NCBI RefSeq assembly: GCF_009834535.1
Contig: NC_045696.1
Span: forward strand, 71,550,001 to 71,614,000
Length of the DNA: 64,000 nucleotides
Direction of reading: 5' to 3'
Source of the DNA: Camelus ferus
Taxonomy: Eukaryota
Positions 1-11,444 of the stretch are shown here, piece by piece; positions within the stretch are counted from its first letter, which is position 1; each line of letters begins with the position of its first letter. The notes under the pieces are model-generated. The model had not been told where the DNA came from. It ran no database searches and was given only the letters and a program-made list of their open reading frames with translations. A program made the position numbers and the translations under genes.

Positions 1-224
1 TTGGGGTTTTCTCTGTCATTTAAGAGACACATGGGTATGTATAGGTACACTACCCAGTATGAATTGAACTCTGGAGAATATCTGGCACAGGATAAACACT
101 AAAGAAACACTGGATGATGTGAGGACTATAACTCAACTGTACAGTGGTGGGATCAGACTGTCACTGCCCTAATCCAGAGCTAATCTTTGCATCACTAGTA
201 GTGAAACAATCAGATATGCTGTAT

Positions 225-650
225 CTCCTAATGTGATGCAACGAGATACTTACATTACTTAGAATGAATTCTAGCCAAAAATATTTAACTTGTCTCCATT
301 GACCTGAAGCTTGTCGAGCTAACTTTGTTTTCAGGATACATAGCTTAATGCAGCTAAGTGACAGCATAATGAAGTAAACAGACTAATACAGAAGGTGGGA
401 TATTTTCCTGGACAACATGCCCATCAACAAGTCAGAATCGTGAAAAAGAAACTGTTTCGGAACGAGAGACTTCATGGAAATAACCAGATGCAATGAGTGG
501 TCCTGGACTGGATCCAGATTCATCAAAGAACAGTTTGGAAAAGATTGGGGAAATATGAATATGGATTGTATATTAAATAATATGAAAGAATTATTCTTAA
601 CTTTGAGATGTTATTTTGCCTATGTTACTGTTTTAAAGATGCATCTACTA
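225..650 (+). mobile_element. Old L1ME-type 3' end fragment
   Basis: Diverged motifs 'gatgcaatgagtggtcctggactggatcc' and 'ggggaaatatgaatatggattgtatatta' typical of L1ME 3' UTRs. Confidence 0.55.
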
Positions 651-2096
651 TATATATTTATATATATTATATATATAAAGTATGTGTGTATATATGTGTG
701 CATATATATAAATATAATCTTAAAAAAACCATTGGCTGAATGAATGAATGAATGAAAGAACAAGTCAGGGCTGGAGACAGAGGTTTGATAGTCAATAGCA
801 TGCACAGTAATCAAAACCAGGACAACAGATGAGATCATCTAGGAAAGTATTAGGCAAGACAATGAGATGTGAACCAAGGGGAATATCAACATTTCAAAGA
901 CTAGATAAAGAACCATTGAATTGAAAAAGAGTAGCTGGAGAAGGGGACCATGAGGGAAATGGTATCCCAGAAGCTAATGGAAGAGTTTCAAGAGGGATTA
1001 AAGCAGAGCACCTTAAGGATTATTGGATTTAATAGTTTCAATGGCAAAACCATAATGAAGTAAGTTACTATTTATCATCATTCTCATTTTACATATGAGG
1101 AAATGGATTAAATTTTGCTTTATCCAAACTAGTGTACATTTTAAAGACATGCTATCTCACAATATGCTGAATTTTAATCACACTCCAAAATAATGATAAT
1201 CAAAATCAACGTTAAAAATGTGGTTTGAGAGCAATGCTACAGTAAATTTATAGGAAAAGTAGAGATTGTGTGGGAAAATAAACATCAGTTTCACAACAAT
1301 GTGAATATATTTACTACTGAACAGTACACTTAAAAAGGGTTAGGATGGTAAATTTTGTTATGTGTTTTTTACCACAAACACAAAAAGTCAGTTTTGTTAG
1401 AAAGATATTTAAGATTCTTTACTATAATATTTCTCACAATAGCCATTTTTTGCTCACAAGAAAATGTTTACTATTACTCCTTCTATTACTAAGGCATAGA
1501 GATTATTTTTCTATAGCTTATGAATTAAAATCTATAGGCTTTTTAAATCCAGTAACTGTGGCAGTAAGAAAGATCTGAAACCTGGGTTTTACATCGTAGG
1601 ATCCACTCAGTCTATACCAGCTTACTTACTTCACCTCTATATTTCATGTTGTTGGTTAGGAAAAAGGTTAGTCTGTAAATGTGCAAATTGCTTTTTATAA
1701 GTAGAGGCAGTCCAGCAGAGTCTAATAAAATCTTTAGTTCCTTTATATCCAAAGACCCTTCGGAAAGAAAAGTGGAATGATTTGGGACCCTATAAAGGTT
1801 AGGAAAAATTAGAAGAAATAGTTTGAAAAATGCATAGTTGCAAAGACCCTTTGAAATACCCTCTCATAGCTCAGAAAAACAGTGTAACAAAACATGCTAC
1901 TGTTGAATCTAGTCTTCACTGGGAGAGAAATGCTAATAATTTATAATCTAAAACAAATCTTAAATTATATAAAGTCACATGTAGACGATACATATAAATG
2001 ACTACACTGAGATTATACTCAGGAGGTTTTAAAATATTTTAAAAACGAAAGCTTTTGTTAATTATGTTGTAGTTAATTTATAAACAGTCTTCTCAC

Positions 2097-3016
2097 CTGC
2101 GTGGCCTAGTCCTTGGGGACATCATTTCATTCCCAAGTATGTGGTACCGTCTTGCTTCATGCAACAACTGATAACACTCAGGAGAATTCTGGATCAATTG
2201 GTCCACCTCAACTGTCTGAACGAAGTAGTTGGGATGCAACAGAGGGAGTCTCACATGTGTCAGGAGCTCATGTAACAATGGTCTTCTCAGATCAACAGCA
2301 CGGTAGACCCAACGCATGACTGCTTCAAAAACCATCTCCTCTTTACCAATAACAAGTTCATCGCTACAAATATAATCAATAAGTTCATCTTTGTCAAGCT
2401 CAAGAAATTCTTCATGCTGGGACACATCCTCAAAAGTCTGCAATGCAAAATTCTTGCATTTTGTGAAGAGTGTTTTGAGGGAATGGGTATCAGCAAAGCG
2501 CTGGATCCCTAAGCAATTACAAGGATCAAGTTGCTCCTCCAAGAACTTGGCACATGCATCACGGAGAACACTAATCTGAAAAAGGCTTGATGTTTCAAAG
2601 AGATACTGTACATTCTCTGTAGTAATCTTCACCTTTCCAGTATAAACATACTGCAAAAAACATTCCATAGCTTCAGCTAAAATACCATTGATCTCAACCA
2701 ACATTTCTCGGCTTTCCCTGTGGTCATTACAAAACATAGCTCTGAAGTAGCTACTACAGGCTGAGAGAACAGCTCTATGGCAAGGAAATTCTTTTCCTTC
2801 CACACAAATGATAACATCTGTGAATAAGCGGCTATCTCGGAATTCATTAAATATCTGAAGTATGTTTTCAGCATGGGATGATCCTGAAGAGAAGTCAAAA
2901 AACTCACGGCCTGTCAGAGATTTAGGGTCCATTTCAAAAACTTTACGCTTTGTTGCTGGTGAATCACGCACCCCGAGATCCTCTCTGTTTAGTCTTCGTC
3001 CCAATATTAGTACCAT
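2097..3016 (-). CDS. KLHL24: Kelch-like protein 24, first coding exon (codons 1-307, BTB and BACK domains); gene continues beyond the left edge of the window
   Basis: ORF 2093..3016 reads MVLILGRRLNREDLGVRDSPATKRKVFEM...DVIICVEGKEFPCHRAVLSACSSYFRAMF (BTB)...NCLGIQRFAD...VFEAVMRWV...VRLPLL (BACK)...PRTRPRR, recognisable as KLHL24. Start context ACAATGG. Donor CAG|GTGAGA with GT at 2096-2095, giving 920 coding nt (phase 2). Confidence 0.98.
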
Positions 3017-3077
3017 TGTTACATCAGTTGACTATATAATTGTTGAGAAATAACTGTTACGGATCTTCTTTATGTAG
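3017..3077 (-). other. KLHL24: 5' UTR part of the KLHL24 first coding exon
   Basis: Minus strand has a T-rich tract (ttttaattttttttaatttttag) with AG at 3079-3078, so the exon begins at 3077, 61 nt before the ATG. Confidence 0.9.
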
Positions 3078-4374
3078 CTAAAAATTAAAAAAAATTAAAA
3101 CATTTCAATATGTAAAATGTTCAGTAAAATTTTATAATTTCATTTTGATGTAAACAGTATAACAAAATCACATAATTAATATATTTCATACAGGGTATAG
3201 AGTACTATCTCATCTTAATAAAAATTGATGAATAAAAATTTATACTATTAGAATATTAGAGGTAATTTGCAATAGTACTCTTTAAACCACCACCCCGCCA
3301 ATTGAAAGGATACTATGTACTTTGTGAATTACTGATAACCTTAAGTTTCCCCTTTATACAAATGGGTTTCAACTATTGAATGTAGAGTTAAGTCAGAATG
3401 CTATAAGACACAGAACTTGACTATATTCAGAATCCTAATGTAAATGTTTATTATCTTAATATAGTGTGTTGCTAGAGAAGAATTCGGGTACATCCATTAA
3501 TGGCTTTTAAAAATATGTATGTTTTTTGACTGAGCAAATCCCTTTCTAGCAATCTATCCTAAGGAAATAATCAGGATCATATGGAAAGATTTATCTACAA
3601 ATATTCAATGCTGTATTAATAGAAAATACTTAAAACATCCTAAATACCCATCAATAGGGTATTAAATCACAGTGTATATAATGATGGAACATAGTCTATG
3701 CGGCCATTAAAAATTATATAGACTGTTTAATGACACCGGGAAGTATTAACCAGACAGTAAGTGAAAAGCAGGTATCAAAACATTTGCAAAGAAAAGAGAA
3801 AAATTTAAGTATCAGTGCATCTAGGCACAGAACAAAGGAGTCACATATGCCAAAGTATTAAGTGATTTATTTGTCTCCTTGCAGGTTATCCAATTTCTTG
3901 GGTTAAGGCTGTCCATGCATGCGTGTGCATGTCCGCAAGCACATGAACACATGTCTGGGTGAAATTAAAAAAACTCGCTTATAATGTACATATATGCACT
4001 TTCAAATTCCAAGCTTCTGTATACAGGCAGTAGCACAAATCTCAAATATGCTTTTAATCTGAAGTTATTATCTCAATAACAGTTCATTTTATAGAAATCT
4101 ATCTCCCATAGAAGAGACATGACTACTGTGCTTGAATGTCAATTTTTTATTATTGAAACTGTAAAAAGTTCAAAGCGGGTAATGTTGCAAGTGATAAATA
4201 TTCAATTATAATAAATATAAACTGTGGTATGACATATAACTCATACTTTAATCTTAAAGCTTTAATCTAAATTAAAAATATAGTTGAATTAGTCACAAAT
4301 CAGCTTCCCAAGTCAAGAACTTATTCTTCAAATCAGCTTATTTAACTTAAATTCTTATTGCATTTCAGATTTAA

Positions 4375-4466
4375 AAAATTCAAACCATTGTTTTTGACTA
4401 GTGAAATAATTACTGGCATTAAAATTCAAACCATTGTTTTTGACTAGTGAAATAATTACTGGCATT
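4375..4466. repeat. Perfect 2 x 46 bp tandem duplication
   Basis: aaaattcaaaccattgtttttgactagtgaaataattactggcatt at 4375-4420 and 4421-4466. Confidence 0.97.
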
Positions 4467-6012
4467 AACGACAAAAATCTTGAGACTTCTGCCTCCATAC
4501 ATTTTTGTTTTCTTAATGTTTAAACGAAAATTTATTCAGACTGCAAAACAAAATAACATACTGCAAGTACTAAGAATTTCCCTTTTAGCTAAAAGGGACA
4601 AGTAAGAAAACAAATGAAAAGTACTCTGCTTTCTATATCCAATAATCTTACTGTATCTGGTATTTGTTATCTGTTATCTCATTGTATTTGATAAATTTGG
4701 GGGTAGCATATTGAATGAGTTGTAATAGTAAGGTTGATTAAAATTTTTTATGAATTAAGGGTTTTTTATGCTGTTTTCTGCCCCTTAATTCTCATGGCTA
4801 TTTTCCTTGATTGTTAACTGACAGGTCTCTAACTGCTTTACCCAATGTAGAATGGAAAATCTTGAATAAGAACAGCTATAAAATCACCTGCTGTTACAAA
4901 ATATTCAACAGCAACAAGATATTTGTTTACTGCTTTGTACATAAAAGAGGCTATCTCACAGATCTGGGCTATTTCCTTCCAAACCACTTTTGCCTGGCTT
5001 TTTGGATAGCCTGGTCTTTCTGAGAACTCTCCTATTAAGCAGTCCACAACAGCACGAAATATAAACTCTTTATATTGATGACAAAATAAATGAGTTGCAC
5101 AGGAGTTTATCAGGAATAGGAGATGCATTTCAGAGTGTATCTTTTGGGCTTCAGGTGTAATTCACTAGACTGTATTTTCCCATTTTACACAAAGTATTTT
5201 ATTTCAACTAGTAATGGTTAAAAATTTAAAGACACACTTAACCACATCTCAAAGTACAGCATCTAATATAGGTTTAAGATTTATCATAAATGAACTCATA
5301 AACAATCAAGCAAATGAAACATAAAATTACAGACTGAATTCTTCTAAAAATTTAGCAACTATCAAAGCATCATTATTCCTATCAGGAAAAAAACAGCAAC
5401 TAAGTAGGCTTCTCTGGACAAAACAAGAGAAAACATTTGTTCCAAAGAAATATAACGACTAAAAGTTATAACTATATAAGTTAGTGGATTCAAGGGTGAC
5501 CAGACTCTGAATGACTGACTGCCAAAGTCACATGACTTGCCTAGAAAAGTTAGTATCCCTTTCTCTCCCTCATTTTCTTCAGGAGCTAAACTCTCATTTG
5601 AAAGGTAGATTTTTAAGAGAAAGATTCTTCTAGTTAAGGGTACTCTAGGGTTTATTTCCAACTGCGGAACTCATAAACGTTATAGACCTAGTTTCTCATT
5701 GCTAAGTAGATTTAAAATTACATGTTTTTGGCCCATGTCCCAGAAAAATGAGTGGAGATAACTTACTTCCTGTACTGTCTCTAAGACTGGAGAAAAAGGT
5801 AGAAGAGGGATGGAGGATATTCGAGAGGAGTAGAAAGGAGTGTGTAAATGCTTTGTTTGGTAACAGAAATGTCTGTGGTGCTGCCTTTCTACATGATCTT
5901 GAGAATAGAATTGTTCCCTGTTCCTCTGATGGCATAAGTGATCCCTGGTTAAAGGAAAATGACTTGTACTTTCTAATGTTTAGAGAGTTTATAAATATTA
6001 AAAATATAATAC

Positions 6013-6054
6013 CTTTTCAGCATTTGCTTGATCAAAGCCCCAGTTTTTCCACAC
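6013..6054 (-). other. KLHL24: KLHL24 non-coding exon 2 (42 nt)
   Basis: ttttag|GTGTGGAAAAACTGGGGCTTTGATCAAGCAAATGCTGAAAAG|gtatta has canonical AG/GT ends. It resembles my recollection of the human KLHL24 leader (GTGTGG...CTGGGGCTTTGATCAACCAAATGCTAAAAAG). Confidence 0.75.
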
Positions 6055-6616
6055 CTAAAATAAATGGAGAACATCAACATATAAATCAGGTAGTAATCAC
6101 TTCATGTGTAATTAGCATTAGTTACTAACATGTTGAAAAGTGTTAAATTTCAGTTTCTGACTGGAAGTTTACTTTTGCTTAGAAAACCAATACCGAATAA
6201 CAATTTCTTAAAGCAAATTAATAATTTTATGCTATTTTATATCTAAATCAGTTTATCAACTCCCTTACTTGATGATTTTATCCTGCAGTAAGGTTTCCTG
6301 AGTGAAAGATGAGTAAACAAATATTCATGTCAACAGCAAGCTAATGGTGGCATTAAAAACATATATCCTATGATAATTCTGCAATGGATATTTGAAGAGT
6401 GTCTGGTAACTGATGCCTCATCTGAGTTTGGGGCCATTAAATAATTCTGAGTTGGTCTATCAATATTACCAAAAGCAAACTGTTCAGTCATTATATTTTA
6501 TATAACTATGAAATCAATTCGAGAAATTCTCCCCAAAATTCCAGTTTTTAATTCTTAGTTATCCAGATTATCCATATAGAGTCACCATGCTTATCAAATA
6601 ATAACAATAATAATAA

Positions 6617-6760
6617 TTTTTTAAATTGAAGTACAATTACAATGTGTCAATTTCTGGTGTACAGCACAATGTCCCAGTCATGCTTATACATACATATGTT
6701 TGTTTTCATATTCTTTTTTCATTAAAGGCTATTAAAAGATATTGAATATCGTTCCCTGTT
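6617..6760 (-). mobile_element. Short 3' end of a lineage-type L1
   Basis: T-run then 'ttgaagta..ttacaatgtgtcaatttctggtgtacagcacaatgtcccagtcatgc'. The same sequence caps the L1 at 30232-31069 and recurs at 39836. Confidence 0.85.
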
Positions 6761-9700
6761 TAAATCTTTTAGAATATAAATGCATATTTCTTCTGTTTTG
6801 TTGATCCTTATAGGGTTGTAGAAACCAACCAATTCAGCACCTTTTTTTTTCCCCTTGGTGGAAGGGGAGAGGAATGCTTAAAGGAGAATACTAGAACCTT
6901 GAACTGTGCACAGAATACCAACAGTATTTAAACACAAGTGGTTCTGGTTTCTGGCCTAGACATCTATAAATAGAATTCATAAATCTAAAGTTTAGGCGAA
7001 TTCAAAAGTTGATCCGGAAAGCCAAGATATGGACTACTGATTTTTTTCTACATGTATATACAAACACATATCTCTATAACCCTTTCTGCTTTGATTGTGA
7101 AGTGAACGTTATCTTGCTTATTTCCTTATTTGCAGAAGTCAATCTAGCTTGGTAAAGAATATTTCAATGTGGTCAAATTGAGGAATTGTTAGTCCTAGCT
7201 AAGTTAAGTGTTTCTTCCCAATAAAACAGTAAGATCCTGAGCCTATGCAGGGGTTCAGGTCAATCAAGAAACAATTCTAGAGAGCCTACTCTCTGTCTCG
7301 CACTGGGGTGGTAAATACTGGATTCAGATCCAATTTTAGACTCTGTGGGGTTGGCTAAGATTAGACTCAAACAAGAACTTCAAGATTGATACTAAAATAG
7401 ATTCAAATTCTCAGTGTTTCTCTAGCAGAAAACACAGGTGCAAACTGGAATAGATTCTCTCATGACTGATCTAGTCTAGAATTAAACCTTAAGGAGTAGA
7501 AGGACAAGGCAATTCACCTGGGCATTTTCTGCAGGGTTTTTAGGTAATACTCACTAACCTAATAGGTAAGGGCAAGGGACAGAGAAGGTCAGAGTACAAA
7601 GTCCAAAGGAGATACATAATGTCAGAATTGATCTTAAAGTGTAGTTGTACTGCAATCAAGCTTATTTTTCCTTTAGAATGCAGGAACCGTATACAAAGAA
7701 AGTAGTTACTATCAGCCTTAAAGATAGTATGCATTAGTGAAGGGCTTATACAGACTAATAAAAACAAGATAGCAAAGGAAACCAACATTTTGACTAACAT
7801 GGTCCCTACAACTTTCAGTAATGAACTGCCACATGCTATGCTCTACACTACTCCATTTTCTCAAACTGAACTTTGAAGAACAACATAGCAGAAAGAGCAA
7901 AAAGACTAATCAAGAAGAGGTTTATCTTTAAAGATATACAGTAACTCCAAAGAAGCCAGAAAACAATTGTAACATATTAAACCTATTATTTAAAAATAAC
8001 TAGAAAATTATATTTGACATGGAATTATCTGAAATCAAGCAGTTTAAAAAATAAATTTCAGACATTTTCACCACATTTTCTCAAAAGCTGATTTATTTGA
8101 ATCATTCTATTTAATGACCACTTTTAAAAAAATGGTAAATTTATACTCTTCAGTTTTCAATTTAAACCTTAACTTTTGGATTAGTGGTTCCCAAGCCAAA
8201 TTTTACAAATGTAATATTTAAAGTCCAGTCTTCAAGCTGCTATTTTCAGTATTTCTAATTTTTTAATGAAACCACCAGGAACATACTCGTCTACAAGATA
8301 TCAAAAACTTTAAATTTGTCTAGAATTACAGCAAGTGATTATCCCTTGTTTACTAGAACCTCAAATAGTTAATATATTATTACTTTGATTAATGAGAAAA
8401 AGAAGTATCTGACAATGAAAGTTTAGGAGTGCTTAAACTATGTGTCAGACTAAATTATTATGGTTCTATAAGTAAAAAAAGAATGTCTTCTCCTAAATCT
8501 CAGAACAGAAATTTTGAATTTCTCCATTCAGTGTTTCTCTCCCTTGCTTTAAAACTTTTAGCTACTAATACTCCCCAACCCCTAGAGGAAGAAAAAGTTA
8601 ATCACAAGAATTAACACCTGGTATAAGGCAGCCCTACTGAATCTACTTGACACCTAAACTTAATGTCCTTTGGTTTCATCCTACTAGATACATGTTTCTT
8701 TTAGGTATTTAACACATTGTTTTATTTTAAAATCTTAAGACCTATAGATATATAATATAGTATCATTTCTTTTAGCAGAATAGGTTTTGGTTCTCTTACT
8801 AGAATTAATTAAATATGCAAGAACACTACCCAGTTCTGTGCCACTTGACAAGTTTGAAATCTAGTATTTTAGATGACTTCCCTATGTATAAAAGCACTTG
8901 TAAGTCAGTGATCTTTATTTACCTTAGTGGTAACACAAATTATGTACAGAAGTGAGTTTTAGAAACCATTGAGTAAAGAGCAAAGCCTAATCACCTTTAA
9001 ACATCAGTTTAGTAGACTTTAAGATGTGCCAAATGCTGAAAAGTTGTAGCCCCTGGGTGATGAATTTAGGAAGAGTAACAAATTGTTTAATTTTAAAAAG
9101 CTACTTTAGCTATTGCGTTTTTAACAGGAGAAAGAATATGGGTTTTAAAATGTCAACAGTGGTCAAGGAGCCACATACTCTGTTTCAGCCACAACAGAAA
9201 CATAATTTGTATATACTTATACATTTCACATATTTATGAGAATACATTATGAGGGTGTTTTATTTATATTTTTCATTATACAGTCCATACCTAAATATTT
9301 ATTGAAAAAAAGTGTCCCAAATTCCTAGGTAAGAGAAAAGTATACACAAAAATAACTGCAAGTCACAGGCTTTGTCTGGACAAGCAGGCTTATGAGCAGT
9401 GGTTTTATTTTTTTTAAAAGGTTAGAGGTTTGCATCTTGTACTTATTTAGAAACACTATATGCCTTCAATGCACAAGCGATGAGACAGTCTGGGATCACA
9501 GAAGTTGCTCCTTCTGCTGTAGTCATCCCAACTTCAATTTTAAAAATAAATTAAGAATGCATAACCAATGAGAACTGTTCATATTCAATTCCTGCTTCGG
9601 CCAGGGAGCACAATCTACCTGCTACAGAGATGCATTGTCTTGGATGAATACCTACAGATTTATAAGGAAAAGGAAATCTCACAAAACCCAAGCACCCTAT

Positions 9701-11444
9701 TAATTTAAGAGATTAGGAAAATCTTCAACACACTATGACTAAAATGATTGTTCATACAGATTTTGTTACTGTCATAGAAGAGTGAGCTATAATCCCTCAA
9801 ACAAGGAAACAACTCATCTAAACCAGAGTATGTAAGAATCTTATTTTTTCAGGATATCTTCAAGGTATTTCTTTTAAAAATACAATTCTAATTTTACATC
9901 CTAGTCTTTAATAAAAACCAACCTCACCTGGTGGATCTAAACAGTCTGTAACTGCAAATATTAAGACACGATTTTAAAAGGCTGCTCAAGAGAGCAAGTG
10001 ATTAATTATTAAAATCCACTAGAATGAACTGTTACTAGTCACTGCCTCAGAGGTGACTGTGAGGCACTCTAAAATGCAGCGTTAGAGGCCTTATTTAGCT
10101 ATTTAAACTTTGTTTACCGAACAGGCAGTAACTAATTCGCCTGAGGACTTTCTTCCACTATCTGGGCAGATGAGGCCACACGAGTTAAAGAGGGCTAATC
10201 TGCCGGTCCTCCGAGGGCCGGCCGCGGCTGCGGTCCGCTGCGGACCCCAGAACTGCCTACACACTCAGGCAGAAGCCGCGGAGGCCACCAAAGGATGTCG
10301 GGGCTGCTGGGCCTTGCGCTCGAATCCTCCAGAGCGGGAGCGCGCGCCGCCGGCTCCACTCCGGCAGCAGCTGCGCGAGAGGCGAGCGCGCGCTCTCGCG
10401 CGTCCTCCAGATCACCTTCAAGGGGGCGGGGAAGAACTGCTAGGGCAAGTCCACCTAGCGACAAGACACCCGCCAATAAACACTCGAAGCTCGCCCCGTC
10501 GTCCCGCCTGCAAGCCGCCGCAGGCCCCCAATCCCCGCTGTGTTAACAGTCTTCGCTCCGACTGTACAGGACCTGGAGGCGGGGCCATTAGGAACTAAAT
10601 TAAGAAACCGAGGCCTGGAGTGGTGGGAAGGTGGGGTGGTTAGGCTGGGACTCAGCCGGCGGAACGCCCGCTACCCCGCCCGCCTCAGCTCCCCGGGGAC
10701 TGTCGTTCCAGGGCCGGGCTCCCGGCGCGGGCCCCGCGGCGAGCGGTGGTAAACAAAGGCTCGCGGGCGGTGGGGGCGGGCGTAACGGTCAGGTGACAGC
10801 GCCCAGCATATTTCGCAACCGCTTTAATGGGGCTTCTCTGGCCCCCAGCCCTGGGACCCACCTTGACCCCGTCAGTCCTCCCCGTCAGGACTAAACGGCC
10901 TCTCCCACCAAAAGGGAAGGCTTTATTTGAGACTTTCGCATACTCAGACCTTCCTTCAATTAAAAAAAAAAAAAAAAAAAGCAGCGGCCCGTTCGAAGCC
11001 CATAGGCAACATGCGGTATCCATCTCCCCAGCCCTGTCCTCCAGCTGCCCGGGTCCCCGAGGCGGCAGGGTGACCCACACCTGCCACCCCCGGCCCCGGC
11101 GGCCATGCCCCTCCCAACCCGCCCCCAGCGGGTGCGCCAGCAGCGCCGCGGTTCCGGGGCGGCATTGCCAGGAGGCGGGGGTGCCCTTCCTTTCAGAGTG
11201 TGGTTACGGAACCGGGGCTGAAGACTCCCAGGGAGGCCCCGGAGACCGCCTCGCCCCAGATAGGGGCCCGGCAGCCTCAGTTGCAATCTCTCCTCAGACC
11301 CCGCGTCTGACTCCGAGAGGCCGGCCGCCGATGGCTTCCCCCTTGCAGACACCCCCGTGGTCGGGACCTCGGCCGACCCTCCACCCCCAGCTCTGGCCGG
11401 TTGCTCGTCTTTCGGCCGGTCCCGGAGCTGTCATCCCCGGGTAC

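Noticed and set aside
2093..2096. TGA as the true KLHL24 stop codon
   Set aside because: It lies within the consensus donor GTGAGA; the Kelch repeats must be encoded by exons outside the window.
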